Both the position numbers and the translations under genes were made by a program. The notes beneath the pieces are model-generated. The model searched no databases. It was not told where the DNA came from and saw only the letters and a program-made list of their open reading frames with translations. A stretch of DNA of 64,000 nt from Dehalococcoidia bacterium (GTDB taxonomy: Bacteria; Chloroflexota; Dehalococcoidia; UBA2979): contig OZ244720.1 in NCBI GenBank assembly GCA_965219085.1, positions 2,784,001-2,848,000 of the forward strand, written 5' to 3'. Shown here piece after piece: positions 9,035 to 16,017 of this stretch (the first letter of the stretch is position 1; each line of letters begins with the position of its first letter).

Positions 9035-10108
9035 TCAGTCGTCGAGGTAGTTGAGGCCGAGGGCTGAGCGCACGTCGACCATCGTGTCCTGGGCCACCGT
9101 GCGGGCGTATTCGGTGCCGCGTGCCAGCGCGGCGCGCACCTCGCGCGGGTTCGCCTCGTAGTGCGCGCGGCGCTCGCGGATCGGGTCGAGGAAGGTGTTG
9201 AGCGCCGCTGCCAGCTTCCGCTTCACCTCGACGTCGCCGACGGTGCCCGCGCGGTAGCGCTCCTTGAGGTCATCGACCTCCGCGGTGTCGGGGTTGAAGG
9301 CGTCGTGGTACATGAACACCGGGTTGCCCTCGACGTGGCCGGGGTCGGTGGCGCGCAGCCGCGTCGGGTCCGTGTACATGCGCATCACCTTGCGCTCGAC
9401 CGTCTCGGCGTCGTCCTTGAGGTCGATGGTGTTACCGAGCGACTTGCTCATCTTCGCGCTGCCGTCGATGCCGACGAGGCGCGGCACGCGGCCGACGAGG
9501 CCGCGCGGCTCGGGGAACACCTCGCCGAAGCGGCGATTGAAGCGCCGCGCCGTCTCGCGCGTCATCTCGATGTGCGGCATCTGGTCCTCGCCGACGGGCA
9601 CGAGGTGCGCGCGCGGCATGAGGATGTTGGCGACCTGCATGATCGGGTAGGTGAAGAACGCCACCGGCACCGCGCCGCGCTCACGCACGACCTGCCGCTT
9701 GCCCGAGCGCTCGGCCTCCTCGAACGACATGCCGCGCTCCTCGAGCTCGTCCATCTCGGCCTTGAGCGTCGGGTTGCGTTCGAGCCGCCCGAGGCCGATG
9801 AACCAGCTGAGCAGCGTGGTGAGCTCGGCGTGCTCGGGCACGAGGCTCTCGATCACGAAGTGGGAGCGCGCGGGGTCGAGCCCGACGGCGAGCCAGTCGG
9901 TCGCGACCTCGATCACGGCCTCACGGACGCGGTCGATGTCGTCGGCGTGGTCCGAGACCTGGTAGTCGGCGATGAGGAAGAAGCACTCGTACTCGTCCTG
10001 GAGCCGCAGCCAGTTCTCGAGCGCGCCGGCGTAGTGGCCGAGGTGGAGTGCGCCCGTGGGCCGTACCCCGGTCAGGATCCGCTGTCGCTCCTCGCTAGCC
10101 TCGCTCAT
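9035..10108 (-). CDS. trpS: Tryptophan--tRNA ligase
   Basis: TGVRPTGALHLGH (HIGH), VPVGEDQ, KMSKS. Confidence 0.96.
   Translation of the reverse strand: MSEASEERQRILTGVRPTGALHLGHYAGALENWLRLQDEYECFFLIADYQVSDHADDIDRVREAVIEVATDWLAVGLDPARSHFVIESLVPEHAELTTLLSWFIGLGRLERNPTLKAEMDELEERGMSFEEAERSGKRQVVRERGAVPVAFFTYPIMQVANILMPRAHLVPVGEDQMPHIEMTRETARRFNRRFGEVFPEPRGLVGRVPRLVGIDGSAKMSKSLGNTIDLKDDAETVERKVMRMYTDPTRLRATDPGHVEGNPVFMYHDAFNPDTAEVDDLKERYRAGTVGDVEVKRKLAAALNTFLDPIRERRAHYEANPREVRAALARGTEYARTVAQDTMVDVRSALGLNYLDD
10022..10084 (-). repeat. trpS 5' coding segment, copy 1 of a 63-bp direct repeat (partner 11289-11351)
   Basis: 62/63 identical to 11289-11351 by manual alignment. Confidence 0.92.
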
Positions 10109-10130
10109 CGCGCATCCTCCTCGCGCGTCG

Positions 10131-10170
10131 AGGGTATCGCGAGTGGGGGAGGGCGGCGAGGGAGGGGGTG
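10131..10170 (-). promoter_or_regulatory. Putative trpS promoter, copy A (-10 TACCCT)
   Basis: Minus strand ...ccactcgcgaTACCCT upstream of the GAGGAGG RBS; repeated at 10921-10960 and 11410-11442. Confidence 0.6.
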
Positions 10171-10279
10171 CGTGGCGCCACGCTGCCGATCGCTGCCGGG
10201 CGCCGGTGAGCCGGTGAACGTCGATCCCGCTCGCGGGCGCCGGTGATCGCGAGGCGCGGCCCTAGCTGCCGGGATCGGG

Positions 10280-10897
10280 CTAGAACATGCGGCCGTCGTC
10301 GTCGACGAGGCCCCGCACTGCGGCATCCGCCGCAGCCAGATCGAACGCGTCCACGTCCAGCGGGAGGTCGATGAACTCTTCGGCCCACTCCCTCAGTTCC
10401 GCGTCCTGCTCCGAGGAAGCGTTGGTCAACGCCTCGCGCAACTCGTGGTAGCCGTAGACGCCTCCGCAATCTTCCGGCGGACATGCGCCGCGTCCGGCGA
10501 TGCAGGCAGGCGCGTCCGGTCTCGATTGCTCGCCGGTTCGGACCGCCATGAGCTCGATACGGTGTTCCCAGGAGTCACCGAAATCGTACTCGTAGCGGAG
10601 CGTGTCGCGGGGCGCGCGCAGGACGTCCGCCACGACCACATCGGACTCGTCGGCATAGCCAAGCTCATCGAGGCTGGAGTCACCGTACGTGACTCCATCG
10701 GGCGCGGTGAACGCATGCAGGTGCGAGTTGGTCCAGCCCATGGCGGCCTGGATGACCAGATGGAGGTCGGCGAGCGTCGTCCGGTCCGGGATCACCACGC
10801 GCCGTTCGATATCCGGGTCGGCATCGACAAGGGCGATCAATATCTCGTACTGCCGATGTGCGCCCGGCGCAGGCGCACCCGAGTTGTTCGTCGCCAT
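10280..10897 (-). CDS. Plasmid pRiA4b ORF-3 family protein
   Basis: LHLVIQAAMGWTNSHLHAF, YEYDFGDSWEH, ACPPEDCGG; GGGAGG RBS before ATG 10897. Confidence 0.9.
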   Translation of the reverse strand: MATNNSGAPAPGAHRQYEILIALVDADPDIERRVVIPDRTTLADLHLVIQAAMGWTNSHLHAFTAPDGVTYGDSSLDELGYADESDVVVADVLRAPRDTLRYEYDFGDSWEHRIELMAVRTGEQSRPDAPACIAGRGACPPEDCGGVYGYHELREALTNASSEQDAELREWAEEFIDLPLDVDAFDLAAADAAVRGLVDDDGRMF

Positions 10898-10920
10898 GAT
10901 GCCCCTCCCGCTCTCACGCA

Positions 10921-10960
10921 AAGGTATCGCGAGTGGGTCAGGCGGGCGAGGGAGGGGGCG
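10921..10960 (-). repeat. trpS promoter copy B, in front of the pRiA4b ORF-3 gene
   Basis: 34/40 identical, ungapped, to 10131-10170; -10 reads TACCTT. Confidence 0.8.
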
Positions 10961-10961
10961 C

Positions 10962-11141
10962 CATGCGGGTCACCGCGGGACCGAGACGGCGTTGATCAGC
11001 GGCGACGATCGACGGCTGCGCCAGGCTATCGAGAGCTCGGAAGCGACGGCCGAGGTCATGTCTTCCCACGCGATGATCGCGGCGCTCACGCGGCCCATCG
11101 ACGAGCGCGAGTACATGTCGCCCTCCGAGTTCACCGAGTGA
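10962..11141 (+). pseudogene. 5'-truncated gene remnant
   Basis: Protein-like frame ...TETALISGDDRRLRQAIESSEATAEVMSSHAMIAALTRPIDEREYMSPSEFTE* begins at the edge of repeat copy B with no credible start or RBS. Confidence 0.4.
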
Positions 11142-11289
11142 TGCGCCCGGGCCGGCTCCGCTGCCAATCCGGGTGCGGGCCGAGGTAGACGACTCGCACG
11201 ATCCGCTCGCCCCACGTTCGGAGTTCCGCCCGGTCGCGGCGGCGGAGCCGGACGGTGTAGGGCGGCGGCGTCGCTTCTTCCGCTGGCAC
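11131..11289 (-). pseudogene. Possible internally deleted RelE/ParE-like toxin remnant
   Basis: VPAEEATPPPYTVRLRRRDRAELRTWGERIVRVVYLGPHPDW; N- and C-terminal motifs resemble RelE-fold toxins, middle missing. Confidence 0.3.
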
Positions 11290-11375
11290 GCGCCGGCGTA
11301 GTGGCCGAGGTGGAGGGCGCCCGTGGGCCGTACCCCGGTCAGGATCCGCTGCCTGTCGTCGCCGTTGCTCGTCAT
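11289..11375 (-). pseudogene. trpS: Orphan 5' fragment of trpS (29 codons)
   Basis: MTSNGDDRQRILTGVRPTGALHLGHYAGA then unrelated sequence; own RBS and promoter copy C upstream. Confidence 0.9.
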
Positions 11376-11409
11376 GGCGTCGCCTCGCCCTCGCCTTCAC
11401 GTTGCAGGC

Positions 11410-11442
11410 CGAGGGTATCGCGGGTGGGGGGAGGGGGGCGAG
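11410..11442 (-). repeat. trpS promoter copy C
   Basis: cgagggtatcgcgggtggggggaggggggcgag vs copy A cgagggtatcgcgagtgggggagggcggcgag (2 mismatches, 1 indel). Confidence 0.8.
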
Positions 11443-11455
11443 AGTGGAGCGGATT

Positions 11456-11490
11456 GGGTGGCGGCGCACCATTCGGGTGCGCCGCCACCC
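11456..11490. terminator. 15-bp perfect GC-rich hairpin, probable terminator
   Basis: gggtggcggcgcacc-attcg-ggtgcgccgccaccc, 8 nt after the stop of 11499-11819. Confidence 0.65.
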
Positions 11491-11498
11491 GCGGCCCA

Positions 11499-11819
11499 CT
11501 ACTGCCGATTGCAGGGCGGGTCGTACATGTCCCGAATCGCCTTCTCCTCGGCGAGGCGAGCCGCGCGCCCGGAGTAATTGATTCGGGCTGTGATGTGCGT
11601 ACCGCGGTTCCTCGTCACGCAGGGGAACCGCTCGTGCCCGCTGTGCACGCGATTCGCCAGGCTGTCAGTCTCGCCAGCGTAGAGCGCATAAAGGAGCCCA
11701 GTGCGAGGGTCTTCGCGCGCCCACACGTAATTTCCAGGCTGATCGGCCAGCGGGGTATCGATCGGGTAGACGTTGTACGTATACCCGGCCCATCTGACCG
11801 TTTGCGTTTGGGTTGTCAA
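11499..11819 (-). CDS. Small GIY-YIG-like protein
   Basis: PGNYVW...LYAGETDSLANRV..HE...R..EEKAI..YDPPCN pattern of minimal GIY-YIG nucleases; TTG start at 11819. Confidence 0.6.
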   Translation of the reverse strand: MTTQTQTVRWAGYTYNVYPIDTPLADQPGNYVWAREDPRTGLLYALYAGETDSLANRVHSGHERFPCVTRNRGTHITARINYSGRAARLAEEKAIRDMYDPPCNRQ

Positions 11820-11836
11820 GACAACTTTCTTTCTGC

Positions 11837-11850
11837 CGAACCATCGTTCG
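11837..11850. promoter_or_regulatory. Putative LexA (SOS) box
   Basis: CGAAC-catc-GTTCG, perfect match to the Gram-positive/Chloroflexota consensus, 17 nt upstream of the GIY-YIG start. Confidence 0.55.
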
Positions 11851-11935
11851 GCGGGTTCTTGAGATGCTGGGTTGGGGTGGCCGCGGAGCGCGGCTGGTGT
11901 AGTATCTCGCTGGTCGGAGTTCCTTTCCGATCTTC

Positions 11936-11974
11936 GGCATCGGGGATTGTGCTGATGGGCGCTTCCCCGATGCC
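11936..11974. terminator. Hairpin downstream of 12021-12482
   Basis: ggcatcgggga ... tccccgatgcc, 11-bp inverted repeat. Confidence 0.45.
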
Positions 11975-12020
11975 CTTGCGTTTTCGACACTCGCAGTGGC
12001 CGTGGCCCCGCGTCGTGCGC

Positions 12021-12482
12021 TTACTGATCGGCCCCCGTGCGACTGGCCCTGCTCTTCGGCAACGGATTGTCGAGCGAGAGTGCAAACACACCGTCATCGG
12101 CATCCTCCAGCCGGAAGGTGTGGTTCTCCTCCGGCAGTAGGTCGTAGTAGAGCAGCACGCTACGTGCAGACATAGAACTGCTCCCCGTGTCAGTGCCGTC
12201 GACCGTCCGCGACGGCTTCAGCGGGATAGCACCAGCTGCATCCCTCAGCGCTCTGCGCAATCCAATCTGCCGATCCCGCTCATTATATCCGATTCTGACG
12301 GCCGGTGGGTTGCCCAACATCTGGACTGCCACGTCATTCAGCGTCATCGAGCCAGACTTGGTCAGGGAGCACGTCGGGAACGAACGCGCTCCCCGCCCGC
12401 TCCCCTCGAACCAGTCAAAGCCGCTGGACGAGGGGGATTCCCGGTTTGGCACGGGCGTCGGATCCGCTTCTGTCGGCACCAT
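12021..12482 (-). CDS. Hypothetical protein (153 aa)
   Basis: GGGAG-rich RBS; TTGACA-N16-CAAGAT promoter at 12501-12528; protein-like composition. Confidence 0.7.
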   Translation of the reverse strand: MVPTEADPTPVPNRESPSSSGFDWFEGSGRGARSFPTCSLTKSGSMTLNDVAVQMLGNPPAVRIGYNERDRQIGLRRALRDAAGAIPLKPSRTVDGTDTGSSSMSARSVLLYYDLLPEENHTFRLEDADDGVFALSLDNPLPKSRASRTGADQ

Positions 12483-12615
12483 ACTCTCTCCCTCCCCATC
12501 ATCTTGCGTGATCCACCAGCGTTGTCAAGACACAATCTGCGTTCACTCCGCCACGCACAGTGATGATCCGTGCGTGTCTGTGTCCTGGTGCGCCGATGAT
12601 CGAGTGCAGTGCGGA

Positions 12616-13509
12616 CTACCCGAGGAGCGACAGCGCGTCTTCGAGGTCGGCCGCCTGGATGTCGGCGAACAGGTCGACCAGCGGCTTGAGGTGCCCGTCG
12701 TCCGCGGCTTCGAGGGCGTCGAGGTACGGGTCGCGGTGCTCCTCGTCGCGGATCACGAGCACGAGGTACTCGCTCCTCAGGAATACGGCCGCCGTCAGCG
12801 CTCGCGCGACGCGGCCGTTGCCGTCCTCGAACGGGTGGATCTGCGCGAAGCGATGGTGCAGCCACGCCGCCTCGACTTCGGCACACACGCCCTGCGCATT
12901 GTGCTGCGCATGCCAGGCGAGCAGCCGGTCCATCTCGTCTTGTACAAACTCGGGCGGGCAGTACTCGTGGACGCGTCCGTCGGGGCGGATCGGGTTGTTC
13001 GGCAGCCGCTTCCACGCGCCCTTGAGCAGCGGTGCGGCGAAGCGACGCCCCTGCGCGTCGATCGCGTCTCGCGTGTCCTGGTGCTCGGTCAGGCCGCGGT
13101 GAAGCTCGCGGATGTAGGAGCTCGTCAACGCTCGCCTGCCGCCGACGAGGTCCATCACCATCTCCAGCGAGGCGCGCTGATCCTCGATCAGGAGCCGGGC
13201 CTCGGTCGTGAGACGACCGTCCGCGCGGAACTGCTCCATCGCGTCGAGGCCCACCTCTGCGAGCGCTATCGTGACGACTCGGTCGACGCTGTATAGCCGC
13301 TCGATGATGCCCGTCTCGATCGCCCACACCGTCATCAGGCGCTCCTGCACCTGTCGCACGCGGTCCGGGGCGGCCAGCCGCTCGCGGGCCGCCGTCCAGC
13401 GTCCGTGCACGTCGTGCAGGTCGGGGCGGCAGAGCGAGCGCCAGCCCGCCGGGAGATCGGCGATGGGCTGCCAGTGGTGGGCGATGAGCGAGCTGCCGCC
13501 AGGCGGCAT
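12616..13509 (-). CDS. Fic family protein
   Basis: HPFEDGNGRVAR catalytic motif; N-terminal TGIIER inhibitory-helix-like motif; starts 5 nt after the argS stop. Confidence 0.92.
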   Translation of the reverse strand: MPPGGSSLIAHHWQPIADLPAGWRSLCRPDLHDVHGRWTAARERLAAPDRVRQVQERLMTVWAIETGIIERLYSVDRVVTIALAEVGLDAMEQFRADGRLTTEARLLIEDQRASLEMVMDLVGGRRALTSSYIRELHRGLTEHQDTRDAIDAQGRRFAAPLLKGAWKRLPNNPIRPDGRVHEYCPPEFVQDEMDRLLAWHAQHNAQGVCAEVEAAWLHHRFAQIHPFEDGNGRVARALTAAVFLRSEYLVLVIRDEEHRDPYLDALEAADDGHLKPLVDLFADIQAADLEDALSLLG

Positions 13510-13514
13510 CGCCG

Positions 13515-15176
13515 TTACATTCGGTCCGGCGCCGAGATGCCCATCAGCCCCAGTGTGCGGGCGAGGGTGATGCGCGTGGCTTCGAGGAGGAGGAGGCGCG
13601 CGCGGCTCAGCGGTTCGTCGTCGGTGAGCACGCGGCACTGCGTGTAGAAGATGTGGAACGACTGCGCCAGCTCCTGCGCGTAGTGCGGCAGGCGGTGCGG
13701 CGCCAGCTCCTCAACGGCCTCCTCGAGCGTCTCCGGGAGCAGCAGCAGCTTGCGGATCAGCGCCTGCTCCGCCTCGTGCGTGAGCAGCGAGGGCTCCGCG
13801 CCCTCCGCCGACAGCCCCTGCTCGACGGCGTTGCGCAGCACGCCCGCGATGCGTGCGTGCGCGTACTGCACGTAGTAGACGGGGTTCTCGTCGGTCTCCC
13901 GCTTGGCCAGCTCGAGGTCGAAGTCCATCGTCGAGCCCGGGGAGGAGAGCAGGAAGAAGAAGCGCGCCGCGTCGCGGCCGACCTCGTCGACGACCTCGCG
14001 CAGCGTCACGAGCTCGCCCGCGCGCTTGGAGAGCGGCACCACGGCGCCTGCGCGCTTCAGCGTCACGAGCTGGTAGAGCAGCACGTCGAGCGCGTTGCCG
14101 TCGCCGCCGGTGGCGGTGATGCCGGCCTTCACGCGCGAGACGTGGCCCTGGTGGTCGGCGCCCCACACGTCGATGACGCGGTCGAAGCCGCGCAGCATGA
14201 ACTTGTCGTAGTGGTAGGCGATGTCCGTGGCGAAGTACGTCGGGACGCCGTCGGAGCGGATCAGCACGTTGTCCTTCGACTCGCCGAGCTGCGAGGAGGC
14301 GAACCACACGGCGCCCTCGCGCTCGACGATGTGGCCCTGCTCGCGCAGCAGCGCCAGCACGGTGCCGTAGGGGCCGCCCTCGCGCTGCAGCGAGCGCTCC
14401 TCGAACCAGCGGTCGTAGCGCACGCCCATCGCCTCGAGGTCCTCGCGGATCTGCTCGACCATGAGGCGGATGCCCTCGTCGCCGAGCTGCGGGTCGGGGG
14501 GCTCGCCCTCGGGGCGCAGGAGGGCGTCGCCGTGCTGCTCGCGGATGCGGGCGGCGATGTCGCGCATGTACTCGCCGGGGTAGCCGTTCTCGGGGATCTC
14601 GGCCTCGCGGCCGAAGAGCTGCTCGTAGCGCGCGTAGAGCGTGCGGGCGAAGACGCCGACCTGCGAGCCGGCGTCGTTGATGTAGTACTCCTCCTGCACC
14701 TCGTGGCCCGTTGCGCGCAGTACGTTGGCGAGGGTCGAGCCGATGGCCGCGCCGCGCCCGTTGCCGACGTGGACGGGGCCCGTGGGGTTGGCGGAGACGT
14801 ACTCGACCTGGGTCTTGCTGCCGCGGCCGATGTCGAGCGGCGGCCACGCCTCGCCGGTGTCGGCGATGACGCGCGCCTGCCCGGCGGCCCACGCGGGGTC
14901 GAGGTAGAGGTTGAGGAAGCCGGGCGGAGCGACGCGGACCTCGGAGACAGCGGGGTGCGCGGGCATGCGCGCGCGCAGCGCCTCGGCCACATCGAGCGCC
15001 TTCATGCGCGCGAGGCCCTGGATGCGGAGCGGCAGGTTGGCGGCGAAGTCGCCGTGTTCGGGGCGCTGCGGGTGCTCGAGGCTGACATCGGGCGCGGCGA
15101 ACGGGGGCAGGTCGCCGGCGTCTTGCGCGGCGGCGAGCGCCTGTTGGACGAGTTCGCGCAGTTCGTCTCGGATCAC
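13515..15176 (-). CDS. argS: Arginine--tRNA ligase
   Basis: EYVSANPTGPVHVGNGR, WGADHQGH, NPVYYVQYAHAR, GISAPDRM. Confidence 0.96.
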   Translation of the reverse strand: MIRDELRELVQQALAAAQDAGDLPPFAAPDVSLEHPQRPEHGDFAANLPLRIQGLARMKALDVAEALRARMPAHPAVSEVRVAPPGFLNLYLDPAWAAGQARVIADTGEAWPPLDIGRGSKTQVEYVSANPTGPVHVGNGRGAAIGSTLANVLRATGHEVQEEYYINDAGSQVGVFARTLYARYEQLFGREAEIPENGYPGEYMRDIAARIREQHGDALLRPEGEPPDPQLGDEGIRLMVEQIREDLEAMGVRYDRWFEERSLQREGGPYGTVLALLREQGHIVEREGAVWFASSQLGESKDNVLIRSDGVPTYFATDIAYHYDKFMLRGFDRVIDVWGADHQGHVSRVKAGITATGGDGNALDVLLYQLVTLKRAGAVVPLSKRAGELVTLREVVDEVGRDAARFFFLLSSPGSTMDFDLELAKRETDENPVYYVQYAHARIAGVLRNAVEQGLSAEGAEPSLLTHEAEQALIRKLLLLPETLEEAVEELAPHRLPHYAQELAQSFHIFYTQCRVLTDDEPLSRARLLLLEATRITLARTLGLMGISAPDRM

Positions 15177-15278
15177 AGTGGGGACAGTCTATCGCGAGGG
15201 GCGGTGGGGGTCAGGATCGAGCGCCGCCCGAGGGCCGCGAGCGCGGTGGTATGGCGCAGGTGCTGGTACACTTGGCAC

Positions 15279-15458
15279 ATGGACAGGAACGAACGCCCTC
15301 ACCCGTCCGGGCTGCTCGCGTGGTTCCCCGCCTTCGTGAAGCGCGCGCTGGGCCAGAAGTCCGAGCCGACCGTCGAGTCCGAGCACCCGCCGTTGCGCGA
15401 CAAGCCCGGCCCGTCCGGCCTGCCCCCCGCTCCGCCACGAGTCGTGAGGCGGGGTTAG
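15279..15458 (+). CDS. Small hypothetical protein (59 aa), probably leaderless
   Basis: MDRNERPHPSGLLAWFPAFVKRALG...; TACACT -10 element 6 nt before the ATG. Confidence 0.45.
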   Translation: MDRNERPHPSGLLAWFPAFVKRALGQKSEPTVESEHPPLRDKPGPSGLPPAPPRVVRRG

Positions 15459-15477
15459 AGGCCCGTTGGTCGCTGCC

Positions 15478-15990
15478 CTAGAGTGAGGCGACGACCACGA
15501 CGGTGACGCTCGCGGCGATGGCTTCCGCGATCACGGCAGCGGCGAGGCGCTTGTATCGCCTGTCCTTCGTCTCGATCCGTTCGGCGTTGGCCTCAACCGA
15601 CCAAAAGATGCTTTCGGCCATCCACTGCCTCGCCCGAAGCTCCGCGTTGTCCGCCGAAACCCTGAGCAAGCGTGCACCGTCGGGGCCAAGATACAGATTG
15701 GCGAACTCCTGGCACCGGAAGAAGAGCAGCACGGCGATGAGAAAGATACCGATCACCACGGCCGCCGCCGCGACGAGCCACCACTGATTACTCCCCCCGC
15801 TCAACTGAAACGTGCTGGCCCCCGAGAAGAGCGCGAGGACCGCAACGGCGAGCGTGAGCGCTCGCTCCGCCTTCGCATCGATGTTCTTGATCGTTTGAAG
15901 CTGCTCGTCGAGGCTCCACAGGGCGAACTCGAGGGCCGCACCAGCGCCTTCGTATTCTAAATGTTGTTCCGAATCATCAGTTGCCACCAA
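15478..15990 (-). CDS. Hypothetical 3-TM membrane protein
   Basis: Three hydrophobic segments; IDAKA and N...IETK..RYK motifs; TACAAT -10 just upstream; lower GC. Confidence 0.7.
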   Translation of the reverse strand: MVATDDSEQHLEYEGAGAALEFALWSLDEQLQTIKNIDAKAERALTLAVAVLALFSGASTFQLSGGSNQWWLVAAAAVVIGIFLIAVLLFFRCQEFANLYLGPDGARLLRVSADNAELRARQWMAESIFWSVEANAERIETKDRRYKRLAAAVIAEAIAASVTVVVVASL

Positions 15991-16017
15991 CCGATTGTAG
16001 CCGACATCGGTACTACC

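Noticed and set aside
10938-11375. 145-aa ORF as a second TrpRS or leader peptide
   Set aside because: Only the first 29 codons match TrpRS, the rest is out-of-frame read-through; no Trp codons in that segment and no T-box-like leader recognised
10131-11442. CRISPR array or integron attC array interpretation of the repeats
   Set aside because: Spacing of 490-790 bp is irregular, the repeats are not palindromic, have no RYYYAAC/GTTRRRY ends, and no cas or intI gene is present
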